A stretch of 64,000 nucleotides of DNA from a virus (lineage: Duplodnaviria; Caudoviricetes). Position 1 is the first letter of the stretch; the number at the start of each line of letters is the position of its first letter. The stretch spans positions 1 through 64,000 of the IMG/VR virus record IMGVR_UViG_3300025902_000014; one strand, 5' to 3'. The notes beneath the pieces were generated by a model, which was not told where the DNA came from, ran no database searches, and worked only from the letters and a program-made list of their open reading frames with translations. Positions 18,947 to 28,605 of the stretch are shown here, piece after piece. Made by a program: the position numbers and the translations under genes.

Positions 18947-19336
18947 GTGACGATGTTCATCTGCGAGAAGTGCCACACCGGACCCCGGCAGGGATTCTGC
19001 GGAGGGAGAGGTTCGTACGGCCCGTGCGAGGGCTGCGGGATCTCCCGGGCCTGCTCGGACTGCCACTGTGACAACCCGTTCAATCGGAAGTCTCCGCCCA
19101 AGCCCGTGGTCAAGAAGAAGCCCGTGACTCGCATCCGCCACGCCGCGAAGTACGTGGTGACCGAGATCCGATACTGCCCGGTCTGCACGACCCCCCGGCA
19201 CGCCCCCGGACCGTTCGATTGCTGCAACGAGGTCATCCTTATGGAGAAGGTGGCCAAGCTCACGCTGGAGAGGCGCAAGCTCCGCAAGCAGGTCCGCACC
19301 CTCAAGGAGCAGTGGGCGAGGAGGAATCTGAGGTGA
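18947..19336 (+). CDS. Cys-rich zinc-binding hypothetical protein
   Basis: multiple CxxC pairs. Confidence 0.6.
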   Translation: MTMFICEKCHTGPRQGFCGGRGSYGPCEGCGISRACSDCHCDNPFNRKSPPKPVVKKKPVTRIRHAAKYVVTEIRYCPVCTTPRHAPGPFDCCNEVILMEKVAKLTLERRKLRKQVRTLKEQWARRNLR

Positions 19337-20054
19337 AGACGTATCGCCGGGTAACCCGGGTACCGGTGGCCGAGCTGGAGTCCGCGAAGTTCAGCGTCAT
19401 GGCCTTCCACATGGGGCAGGCGTGTGCGGAGGTTTTCTCCGCCGCCCAACGTGACCCCCACTACCTCAGCCGGGACATCGAGGTGGAGGTCATCATCCGA
19501 CCGGTGCCCGAGCCCCTCCCGGAGGTGGATACGTGATCTGCCCCCACCCCGGGTGCGGGAAGTCCCTCCACCCGGCCCACAAGGGGGAGTTCCGGGAGAG
19601 CCTCCAGCTCTACTTCTCTCCCCCGGGCCACGACCACGACGACAACTGCCGGGGACGGATCTACGGCTGTGAGGACGGGCACCGCATCCGGGTGTGCGTC
19701 CGCCGGACTTGCCCGGCCCCGGGCTGCGACTGGAAAGGGAAGACCACCTGCTTCTGCCACCCCGGGGAGAAGCTCGACCGGTGGCCGGAGGAGAAGAAAA
19801 GGTGAAGCTGAACGTCTACGTCTGCGACATCTGCGACCAGAGGTTCGAGCCCTCGAAGTACGAGGAGCAGAACCTCAAGCTGAACCTCGCCATCCACGGG
19901 CTCGTCCAGACCTACTACGCGGAGCGAAGCTGGGACCACGTCTGCATCCCCTGCAAGCTGGAGCTGGCCCACGTCATCGAGGTCAAGGTGACCGAGCTGA
20001 AGAACCGCCAGTTCGAGGCCGCCCGAAGGAAAGCGAACGACACCTAGTTTCCAA

Positions 20055-20083
20055 TTGACTTTCCGAGCTTGTACGTGTAAGGT
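20055..20083 (+). promoter_or_regulatory. promoter TTGACT-N17-TAAGGT, leaderless ATG 20090
   Basis: ATG 6 nt after -10. Confidence 0.7.
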
Positions 20084-20089
20084 GGCTGC

Positions 20090-20467
20090 ATGATCCATCC
20101 ACTCACCGAAGCCGAGAACGAAGAACTCCGAGCCCTGCTGAAAGCCCGCGACGACGCCATGGCGGCCAAGACCGCATGGCTCGACAGGAAGATGCTGGAG
20201 CACTCGACCCTGAAGGTGGGGGACGACATGTTCGACCTCGACACGGGGGAGTGCCTCGGGAAGATCACCAAGCTCTACCGGTACTGGAGCCCGGACGCGC
20301 AGGGCCGCCGGGACAACGACACCTCGATCTACTGCGACTATGAGTTCGGTCGGGGGATGAACACCTCGTGCGCCCCGGGGAGGCGGTTCGGGTCCAAGGA
20401 GGACTACATCCAGTCCCTGAAGAACCGGCTGGCCCGGATCGAGGCCCGGAAGGAAGCCCTGAAATGA
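20090..20467 (+). CDS. hypothetical protein
   Basis: behind promoter. Confidence 0.7.
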   Translation: MIHPLTEAENEELRALLKARDDAMAAKTAWLDRKMLEHSTLKVGDDMFDLDTGECLGKITKLYRYWSPDAQGRRDNDTSIYCDYEFGRGMNTSCAPGRRFGSKEDYIQSLKNRLARIEARKEALK

Positions 20468-20667
20468 CGGAAAACGGCTGGGCGTGGCCCCCACTCGCGG
20501 TGAAGTTCCACTACTTCGTCAACAACATGTCCCTGTGCCGGAAGTGGGCATACTCCGGCGAGCGTGATCCTATTCAGGAGATGGGTGAGCAGCCCACAGA
20601 GGTCGATTGCAAGGTCTGCTGGAAGCTGGCTAAGAAGCTGTCGGCTCTCGAAACGTAGGAGCAAGCG

Positions 20668-21408
20668 ATGACGGAGGAAAAGAGGACTCTGGAGACCCTG
20701 ATTCGGGAGATCGGGAAGTGGAACCGGGAGACCTTCCCGGGGAGCACGGTCAAGTCCAAGGCGGAGCACCTCCGGCGCGAGGCCATCGAGCTGGCCGAGA
20801 CCCCCGGGGATGAGAGCGAGATGGCCGACATCTTCATCCTGTGGGCCGGGATCGTGGACCTCTTGGGGGTGGACTACGTCCGGGCGATCGAGAAGAAGAT
20901 GGCCAAGAACTACAAGCGGAAGTGGAAGGCCCCGGACGAGCACGGGGTCATCGAGCACCTCGAAGAGGGGGAGGACGATGCGCCTCCGTCCCCGCCTCTG
21001 AAGACCCCGATCCCGGGTGCCCTCGACAAGGTGAACAGCCATCAGCTCGTCCTCTACGTGAAGAACATGGTCATCGACTGTCTGGCTCCTTTCGCCTACG
21101 AACCGAATGGCTCCAAGACGTGGGCGGGCATGACGACCCGCGTGGAGAAGTTCCTCTACTCCCTCATGGCCAAGCACCTCCTCTCGGATTTCAGGGTCAT
21201 CTGCAACGAGCACACCACGACGAAGGAGATGCAGGCCCGGGGGGAGATGGGGCTGCACCTCTACTACCGTCAGAGGCCCACGCTGGAGTTCATCGGGCTG
21301 CACTTCGTTCTTCGCCCGAACGACACGGAAGAGCCCGTCCAGACCCAGCAGGAAGACGTCGTCATCAACCTCAACCCCCCGTACGACGGGGAAGAGGTCG
21401 GCCCGTGA
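20668..21408 (+). CDS. MazG-like dATP/dGTP pyrophosphohydrolase (DUF550-like) fused to a tail-sheath C-terminal-like domain
   Basis: N-term WNRETFP...HLRREAIE...EMADIFIL...KMAKNYKRKW; C-term VNSHQLVLYVK...FAYEPN...TW...FRVICNE...EFIGLHF. Confidence 0.75.
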   Translation: MTEEKRTLETLIREIGKWNRETFPGSTVKSKAEHLRREAIELAETPGDESEMADIFILWAGIVDLLGVDYVRAIEKKMAKNYKRKWKAPDEHGVIEHLEEGEDDAPPSPPLKTPIPGALDKVNSHQLVLYVKNMVIDCLAPFAYEPNGSKTWAGMTTRVEKFLYSLMAKHLLSDFRVICNEHTTTKEMQARGEMGLHLYYRQRPTLEFIGLHFVLRPNDTEEPVQTQQEDVVINLNPPYDGEEVGP

Positions 21409-22240
21409 GAATCGACGGGATGAAAGTTCCCGGCACGATCAGCCTCCTGTTCTGGCTGGCCGTCATTCTCATTTTCGTGGCCGTGGTATGGGAGACCCGG
21501 GCGAAGCACAACTTCATGAAGGCGTGTCTCGACGACGGCAAGAAAGAGTACGAGTGTGAGGCCATGTGGCGCGGGGGGTACAGGTGATCGAGCCGACGAA
21601 GTGCCCCCTCTGCGGGTGCATCCTCCTGTACGGGAAGTTCGAGTTTACGGGGCACAACCCCGAGACCTGCCAGACGTGGACGAAGGTCCGGATTCGGGAT
21701 CTCGAACAGGCCCTCCAGAATCAGATTCTGGAGACCGCCCGGCTCCGGGACATGATCGCCCGGCACGAGTGCAAGGTGGACTAGATGCTCGATCGGCTGA
21801 ACCAGATCTAGACGTCCTACTGGCTGGGGTTCATCGGGGTGATGAATTTCTCGCTGGGGATGATCTGGTACCTGTGGTGCAAGGACCGCGAAGAGAAGAA
21901 CAGGAGAGTGGAAGAACATGTCCGACGAGAAGCTGCCCGGGGATACGTCCCATCCGATCAACAGCCTCCTGATGCTCGGGCTGCTGGCCCCCGCCCTCCT
22001 GAAGGCGGACATCGAGAAGTCCCAGCTTCGGGCCAAGGCCATCCTCGACCACGCTGACGCCACCCTAGAATCATCCGTCCTCCTCGCGAAGTGCCTCCCG
22101 TTCCTCCGGACGCTGGAGGCCAAGAAGCTCCGGGAGGAAGTTCTGAAGAACCTCGCCCTCGTCCACGAGAAGGCGGAAGTTCGGAAATCCTTCACGCGCA
22201 CGGACGGCTGACGTGACTATCCTCCTGAAGGAGGCCGCCC

Positions 22241-23743
22241 ATGGCCGTCAGGAAGCAGAGTGCCGCAGTCCGAACCCAGTCTGGCCCGGGAGAGGTGGCT
22301 GGTCCCCAGATCGTCAATGGTCTCCAGACGTTCCTCGCCGGTTTTCTCGCGAAGGCCCCGGTCGGCGGGGCGGGCATGGAACTCCTCGTCAACGAGGAAG
22401 AGATCTCCGTGGACCCGGCGGAAACCACCGTCTACTCCACGAAGAAGCTCCTCCCGGCTGCGTCCATCCTCCTCGGGGTGACGGCTCGCGTGACGGAGGA
22501 GATCCTCGACGAGGTCTACGCCGTCGGAGGCATGTCCATCGCCGGGGTCGGGGTTCTCGACGAAGAGTTCATGATCGACAATCAGGGCTTCGTCTTCAAG
22601 CATGGCCGGATCGGGCAGGGCTGGATCAACGGCGTGGCGAGCCCCTACGCGGTCGGTCAGGTTGCCGTCAGTGGCCCGGCGGCTCTGGAAGACACCCTCA
22701 CGGTCGGGGACCAGACGTACACCGTCAAGCCGATCCGGACCGGGGCCGGGGAAGTCACGGGGCTGACGAGCCCCTACGCCACTGGCACCTTCGAGGTGGG
22801 CGGGGCGGTCACGGCCGACACCGAGACCTTCACGATCGGGACCACGGTCTACACGTTCAAGGCGGCTCGGACGGGAGCAGGGGAAGTCACGGTGGGGGTC
22901 ACCCCTGCCGAGACGGCGGCCAACATGATCGCCGCCATCAACCTCGACCAGTCGGCGGAAGTGGTTGCTTCCCTCGTCCCCGAGACGACCACCGTCCTCG
23001 TGACGGCTGTTGCCGCCGGGGCTCCGGGACTTCTCGCCCTCGCCGAGACCACGGCGAACGTTCTCGTGAGCGGGGCCTTCCTCGCCTACCCGGACGTCGT
23101 GACGGCTTCGGACCTCGTGGACAACCTGATCGCCGCCATCAACCTCGACCAGTCGGACGAGGTAGTGGCCACCCGCCCGGACCTCCAGCAGGACATTCTG
23201 GCGCTGAGGGCCGTGGCGGAAGGGGCTCCCGGGGAGCTGGCCACTGTCGCGACCGGGGCGGTCATCTACTGTGCGGAGGCCACCCTGCTCCTGCCGGTGA
23301 TGGATACGGCCACCCTCCGGGCGAACATCATCACGGCCATCAACCTCGACCTCGCGGACCGGGTTGTGGCCTCGGAAGGGGTTGCCCCCGAGGACATCGT
23401 CCTGACATCGCTCGTCTCGGGCACCCCCGGGGCGTGGGCCATCACGAACGAGGGTCCGCTCACGAACATCACCTTCACGGACTTCGAGCTTCCCAGCAAC
23501 GACCTCTCGTGGACGATGGGAGACGAGGACACGCCGGACCGGTTCGGAACGGCTCTGGACAACCGTCTCGGGGCGCAGGTGGTCTACACCGGCCACTGGG
23601 ACACCCCGGCCTTCGAGCAGGAGATGGCATCCTCGATCGGCATCACGACATCGGCCACTCCCTTCACGGGGAAGGTCATCGCCACGGTCTTCGCCCTCAA
23701 GTTCCACCCGGCAGTGGGTGTGGCCCCTCTCGCGCCCGAATGA
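22241..23743 (+). CDS. putative virion structural/decoration protein with internal repeats
   Basis: acidic Thr/Ala/Gly/Val-rich; repeats TLTVGDQTYT/TFTIGTTVYT, RTGAGEVT x2, IAAINLD x3; AAGGAGG RBS. Confidence 0.65.
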   Translation: MAVRKQSAAVRTQSGPGEVAGPQIVNGLQTFLAGFLAKAPVGGAGMELLVNEEEISVDPAETTVYSTKKLLPAASILLGVTARVTEEILDEVYAVGGMSIAGVGVLDEEFMIDNQGFVFKHGRIGQGWINGVASPYAVGQVAVSGPAALEDTLTVGDQTYTVKPIRTGAGEVTGLTSPYATGTFEVGGAVTADTETFTIGTTVYTFKAARTGAGEVTVGVTPAETAANMIAAINLDQSAEVVASLVPETTTVLVTAVAAGAPGLLALAETTANVLVSGAFLAYPDVVTASDLVDNLIAAINLDQSDEVVATRPDLQQDILALRAVAEGAPGELATVATGAVIYCAEATLLLPVMDTATLRANIITAINLDLADRVVASEGVAPEDIVLTSLVSGTPGAWAITNEGPLTNITFTDFELPSNDLSWTMGDEDTPDRFGTALDNRLGAQVVYTGHWDTPAFEQEMASSIGITTSATPFTGKVIATVFALKFHPAVGVAPLAPE

Positions 23744-23750
23744 GTCATCG

Positions 23751-23779
23751 AGCCCCCCGGTCATCTTGATTGGGGGGCT
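23751..23779 (+). terminator. hairpin (terminator) overlapping next promoter
   Basis: AGCCCCCCGGTCA...TGATTGGGGGGCT. Confidence 0.6.
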
Positions 23780-23808
23780 TGACATTTTGATCTTGTCCGA
23801 GGTAGCAT
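23779..23808 (+). promoter_or_regulatory. promoter TTGACA-N18-TAGCAT
   Basis: near consensus. Confidence 0.7.
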
Positions 23809-23830
23809 CCACGGCCAAGGGGTAAAGACG

Positions 23831-24130
23831 ATGACTGGTCCCAAGGAAGCCTTCTACGACGCGAACATCTCCCCCCTCATGGACGACGTGATCCGCTTCT
23901 GCAAGGCGCAGGGCATCTCGATGCTGGCCTCCTTCGAGCTGGACATCGAAGAGGACGACCCCGACTGCCCGCTGCTCTGCACGACTCAGATCCTCCTGCC
24001 GGACTGCCAGAGCACTGTGCTGAAGAGGGCCGCGAACATCATCTACCCCGGCCCCTCGGTGTGCCTCGCGGAGACGATCGAGACCCTCCCGGACGGGGCG
24101 AAGAAGGTCACGATCGCGAGGATCTCGTGA
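23831..24130 (+). CDS. hypothetical phage protein
   Basis: KEAFYDxxISPLMxxVIxxCK pattern; behind promoter. Confidence 0.7.
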   Translation: MTGPKEAFYDANISPLMDDVIRFCKAQGISMLASFELDIEEDDPDCPLLCTTQILLPDCQSTVLKRAANIIYPGPSVCLAETIETLPDGAKKVTIARIS

Positions 24131-24421
24131 GCGATCCCGTTCGCCTCCTCGAAGACCTCGAACCCTACCTCGACGACCTGAGCACGTGGGAGACGGAGTT
24201 CGTGGAAAACATCACGACTCGCATCGCGTCCAAGCAGGAGCTGACCGAGAAGCAGCTCGCCAAGCTCGAAGAAGTCGTTGAGAGGCACACCCGCTGGTAT
24301 CCACCCCCAAAGGTGTGAAAATCCTCCTGTGGTTCATGGCCTACGCGGCGGTGGCGATTCTGTGCCTCGTCATCGGCTCGTGGTTCTGGATGAAGAGCAC
24401 GGTACGGTAGAAGGAGAGAAA

Positions 24422-24772
24422 GTGCCACGTCACGAGATCGGAACGAAGGTCTACGCCATCTACGGTTCGACCGAAGCCACGAAGACCCTCAAGGTGCTCG
24501 GCCCGGGGACGTACGTGGGCAACGAGATCCCGACGACGGCTGTCGGCTGGCTGGCCGAGGCTGCCGTCGAGGGGAAGATGAAGAACCCGAAGATCCTCCT
24601 CGACAACGGGGACGTGGTCTGGGGGTGCGAGTGCTGGTGGGGGGTCCGCGAGGGCGGAGAGCAGCAGGTCGAGGCTTACAAGAAGGACGGCTGGACCATC
24701 GAGACGATCCGGATCGAGGACGAGCGGGCCAAGCACCGGGCCGAGGTCAAGGCGGCCGAGGCGGGGAAGTGA
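24422..24772 (+). CDS. hypothetical phage protein (NPKIxLDNGxVVWGCECWW)
   Basis: AAGGAG RBS. Confidence 0.7.
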   Translation: MPRHEIGTKVYAIYGSTEATKTLKVLGPGTYVGNEIPTTAVGWLAEAAVEGKMKNPKILLDNGDVVWGCECWWGVREGGEQQVEAYKKDGWTIETIRIEDERAKHRAEVKAAEAGK

Positions 24773-25304
24773 AGACGCCCGAGCACATCTACCAGCCCGC
24801 GTGCGCTCGCTGCCGTGACGAGGCCGGGAAGGATCGAGCTGGAGTCACGGACACCTCGCTTTGCAACTGGCACACCAACGATCTCGTCCTGAGCCTACGC
24901 GCCGAGGTCGAGCGGCTGAAGAAGGCGCTGGCGGCTTGCACGGAGCGGCTCCGCCATCTACACGGGCTTCGCATGGAGGGCGAGCCAAAGGCGCTCGACT
25001 TTAGCCATGAGTTTGTCCTCATACGAAAGGCGCGAACGGCGAACCTCTCCGCTCCGGCCGAGGAGGAGGGGCGCGATGCGTGACGCGCTGGCCGTGGTGT
25101 GCCCGGTGTTCGTGTGCAGCGCTCGGCGCGGCGCCCCCTGCATCACGAAACGATGGCGAGCGAAAGACGGGTATCGGTTTGTCATCACGACACAGAGGGA
25201 CAAGCCCCACGCCGCCCGCGTCCGCGCGGCCGAGCGCGAGGAGCGCGGGGAGGAGAAGGAACGTGAGGCACACATCGCAGAGATCAGCACACGGGAGACG
25301 CTCA

Positions 25305-25721
25305 ATGACGACTGATGCAGCCCCCGCTTCCATCTCCGCCCTCATCGCCGAGGGGCGCAGGCTGATCGAGGCAGCGACGCCGGGGCCGGTGGAGACGAGC
25401 CTCCACGAGAAGCTCACGACCGTGGGCGACACGAACCATTGGACGGTGAAGGAGCATGAGTTCCCGCAGCCGCCATACGAAGGCCAACTGACCGAGGAGT
25501 GGGGCGTCTATCCACCTCTCGGAGAAGCCGGTCCCGTTGCGCTCGTTAGTGGGCCACACAACGCCGCTCTCTTCGTCTTCGCCGTCAACAACCTCCCGGC
25601 GCTCCTCGACGTGGCCGGTGCTGCGGATGCGGTGTCCAGCTCCGTGACGATGGCGCAGGAGCGCGAGGCAAAGGACGCCCTCGACTCCGCCCTCTCCCGG
25701 CTGCGGGGGGTGAGGTCGTGA
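25305..25721 (+). CDS. Ead/Ea22-like hypothetical protein
   Basis: AATPGP...NAALFVFAVNNLPALLD. Confidence 0.55.
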   Translation: MTTDAAPASISALIAEGRRLIEAATPGPVETSLHEKLTTVGDTNHWTVKEHEFPQPPYEGQLTEEWGVYPPLGEAGPVALVSGPHNAALFVFAVNNLPALLDVAGAADAVSSSVTMAQEREAKDALDSALSRLRGVRS

Positions 25722-25899
25722 GCGAGACCCGCGAGAACCACTGGGCTCACCTGATGGTCGCGATCGGGCTGCTCGTGACGGCATTCGGCACGATGGTCGC
25801 GGTGCAGATACCGCCCGGACCCGCGCGCCTCGCCCTAGTCGCGCTCGCAGCATCGTCGTTCTGGTACGGATGGGTGGCGCGCAGCAAGGAGCAGAAGCC

Positions 25900-26229
25900 G
25901 TGACCGCGCCCGCCTCGCGCATCGCGGAGGTCGTGGCGGAGGGAAGGAGGCTTGAGGAGTCCGCCGCCTTTGTCGGTCGCGAGTCGGTTCCGTGGGAGGA
26001 GTTCTCGGACGCCGGTGCGCGCGTTGAAGCCTTCTACACCGAGCATGGCCCGGCGCTCCTCGCCGTCGCGGAGGCTGCGGTGGAGTGGGAGGCGGCGGAC
26101 GCGGAGCAGCGCCGCGTCCCGGCGTGGTCGCGCGACACGGATCTGTTCGAGCGCATGTTGTTCCGGTCCCAGTCAGCGACGCGAGCCCTTCGCGCCGCCG
26201 TCCGGGGAGAGGAGAAGACGAATGGATAG
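25900..26229 (+). CDS. hypothetical protein, paralog of 25305-25721
   Basis: shares AEGRRLxE and PALLxVAxAA. Confidence 0.55.
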   Translation: MTAPASRIAEVVAEGRRLEESAAFVGRESVPWEEFSDAGARVEAFYTEHGPALLAVAEAAVEWEAADAEQRRVPAWSRDTDLFERMLFRSQSATRALRAAVRGEEKTNG

Positions 26230-26725
26230 CGCGCGGAAGATGGCCGAGGAGGCGCTGGCGAGTTCCCTCGTCACGCTGTCCAACAAGCCGAGATACGCCC
26301 ACCTCTTCGATGAAGTCTCGAATCTCCGAGACGCTCTCCGCGCCCTCCTCGCCCGGAGGATCACGCTCGACGGTCTGACGCGTGTGCAGAAGATCGCACT
26401 CGCCCTGCGCGTCTGCGAGGAGACGGACCCGAAGGGGGAGGTCGCCGCGCGGTACGTGTGCCGTGGCGGCCAGAAGGGAGGGGAGTGATGCTCCGTTACC
26501 TCATGTGCCGTCGGGTGCATGACCCGGCATCGGGCGAGATCTTCCGCTCCTTCTACACGACGACCGATCCCGAAGCTGTCGAGCGCGATCTTCTGGGCGG
26601 CGGCTACGGGCAGGGATTCGACCGGACCGAGTGCATCGGGATCGAGGTTGTGGACAACGACGCCGCCCTCCGGAGCGACGGGCGATGAGCACGCCCAGTC
26701 TTCCGGCGGCGAAGTAACTTTCGAC

Positions 26726-26754
26726 TTGACCCGGAATACTTGAAGTTGTAATCT
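26726..26754 (+). promoter_or_regulatory. promoter TTGACC-N17-TAATCT
   Basis: AT-rich gap. Confidence 0.7.
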
Positions 26755-26775
26755 TACATCCAAGGAGTAAAGACG

Positions 26776-28389
26776 ATGAAGACCGGCACTCTCCCCACCA
26801 CCTACCCGGAGCTGCACGACCCGGACCAGTACGAGGACTTCCTCCTCGGGATTCAGGAGACGTTCCTCGCCCGGACGGTGAAGAACGGGATGCGTCTCTT
26901 CACGACGGACGCCGCGAACCTCTTCGAGAACTTCCTCTTCGCTCTCCCGGCGGACGTGCAGGCACACTACACGTGTCACGCCTGCCGGAAGTTCGTGGAG
27001 GCGTACGGCGGCCTCGTGGCCATCGACGACGAGGGTGCTCTCATCCCCGTGATGTGGAACCCCGACACGGACATCACCCCGAAGCTCTATCGGCCCGCCG
27101 TTCGGGCGCTGGAGGAGAAGGTCCGGAAGGCCAAGGTTACCGGGGTCTTCCTCACGACCACCCCGGTCTGGGGTCAGCCGGTCACGGGGCCGTGGCACCA
27201 CATGCACGCCCTTCCCATGAAGGAGTGGCTTTTCAAGGGCACGACCCTGAAGAACGCGGATCAGGCCATGGCCGAGAAGCTGGAGGAGCGAGGGATGCTC
27301 CTGCGCGGGCTGGCCGAGTTCTCCAAGGACACGGTGGCCAAGGCCCTCCCCCTGCTGGAGGCCGATGCCCTCACCCGGTCCGAGAAGGTGCTCGGGATCG
27401 CCAAGTGGCTTCTCGCCCTCCACGAGGCCCGGGAGGAGACGAAGCGCGAGGACTTCCGTGAGAACCTCACGTGGAAGGCCGTGGCGGAAGCGCCGCCCGG
27501 CTGGTGCCACGTCAGGTCCACCATGATCGGCACCCTCCTCTCGGACATCGCCGAGGGGCTGCCGTTCGCCACCGTCGAGCGGAACTGGCGTCTCAAGATG
27601 GACCCGCTGGCCTACATGCGCCCGAAGGCCGCCCCGACCGACGGGCAGCTCGCTCAGGCCGAGAAGGTCATCAAGGAGCTGGACGCTCAGGGGTCGCTGG
27701 CCCGCCGGTTCGCCCGGATCGACGAGGTCAAGCTGCTCTGGTCCCCCAAGGCCCTCCCCGAGGGGAAGTCCGAGGGCGTCTTCGGCCACCTGAAGAAGAA
27801 TGCCGCCCGGTCCACCCCGGACCCGACGCTGGAGCCCCCGGCGGTCACGATCACGTGGGAGAAGTTCGTCCGCACGGTCCTGCCGTCGGCCCTGAAGATC
27901 GACTACCTCGTCCCGGTCACGGCTCCGTTCATCGGGCTCGTCACGGCGGTCAATCCCGAGGCCCCGCCGATCATCCAGTGGGATCACGCGGAGGCCCGCA
28001 ACCCGGTCTCGTGGTTCGTCTACCCGGGCAACTCCATGGCCGTCCAGTGGGGGCTCGTCCCGCGCCAGCGGGTCGAGGTCACCGGGGTCACCCTCTTCCC
28101 CCACATGTGGAACGAGAAGGTCGTCGCGGAGCAGCACTCCAAGGGGGCCATCTTCCTCCTGAACGGGTGCGTGGACACGAAGGACTCGGGCAACGCCCTC
28201 TTCCCCGAGATCCTGAAGTCCGAGTTTCACGGCATCCGGGCCACCATCGAGGCGTACTCCCAGAAGGAGAAGCTGCACGGGCGGAAGGAAGCGTCGGCTT
28301 GCGGGATCGACCTGCGGACGTGGAATCAGACCTTCCGGGTGACCACGGCGACGTCGAGGATCAGCTACAAGATCGACAGGTGGGACTAG
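26776..28389 (+). CDS. large hypothetical phage protein (HYxCxxCRxF motif)
   Basis: 537 aa, strongly biased codon usage, own promoter and RBS. Confidence 0.85.
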   Translation: MKTGTLPTTYPELHDPDQYEDFLLGIQETFLARTVKNGMRLFTTDAANLFENFLFALPADVQAHYTCHACRKFVEAYGGLVAIDDEGALIPVMWNPDTDITPKLYRPAVRALEEKVRKAKVTGVFLTTTPVWGQPVTGPWHHMHALPMKEWLFKGTTLKNADQAMAEKLEERGMLLRGLAEFSKDTVAKALPLLEADALTRSEKVLGIAKWLLALHEAREETKREDFRENLTWKAVAEAPPGWCHVRSTMIGTLLSDIAEGLPFATVERNWRLKMDPLAYMRPKAAPTDGQLAQAEKVIKELDAQGSLARRFARIDEVKLLWSPKALPEGKSEGVFGHLKKNAARSTPDPTLEPPAVTITWEKFVRTVLPSALKIDYLVPVTAPFIGLVTAVNPEAPPIIQWDHAEARNPVSWFVYPGNSMAVQWGLVPRQRVEVTGVTLFPHMWNEKVVAEQHSKGAIFLLNGCVDTKDSGNALFPEILKSEFHGIRATIEAYSQKEKLHGRKEASACGIDLRTWNQTFRVTTATSRISYKIDRWD

Positions 28390-28390
28390 C

Positions 28391-28558
28391 AGAAACGGCC
28401 CGTGGCAGGGCAATGCGGTAAGGGGGTAGTGGTTCCGGCCCCCCTCCCGCCGGACGTGTTCAAGCAGAGGGGGGAGCGCATATCAGCCGGACCACACCGG
28501 TTCCCCCAAGCAGGAGTCAACCTGAGAAGGCCACGTTCGGCACGCCACGGGTTTTTCT
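28391..28558. ncRNA. putative structured intergenic RNA
   Basis: nested stems CCCGTGGC/GCCACGGG, GTGGTTCCGGC/GCCGGACCAC, CCCCCCTC/GAGGGGGG, CAGG/CCTG. Confidence 0.55.
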
Positions 28559-28586
28559 TGACAGGGCAATCTTGATCTTCTAGACT
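28558..28586 (+). promoter_or_regulatory. promoter TTGACA-N17-TAGACT
   Basis: near consensus. Confidence 0.75.
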
Positions 28587-28605
28587 GCCCCATGGAGTAA
28601 ATACG

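Noticed and set aside
28386-28408. Two 10-mers (CTAGCAGAAA, CCCGTGGCAG) shared with the reverse strand of the 55960-56126 element
   Set aside because: Short, in different order and orientation; cannot be distinguished from chance
26173-28413. Long minus-strand ORFs (746 aa here; also 1727-3847, 22217-23818, 37880-39361, 57235-58476)
   Set aside because: Antisense shadows of GC3-rich plus-strand genes; no motifs or RBS
28520-28545. CTGAGA plus hairpin as hammerhead or TPP riboswitch core
   Set aside because: Missing the GAAA after stem II and the remaining TPP consensus
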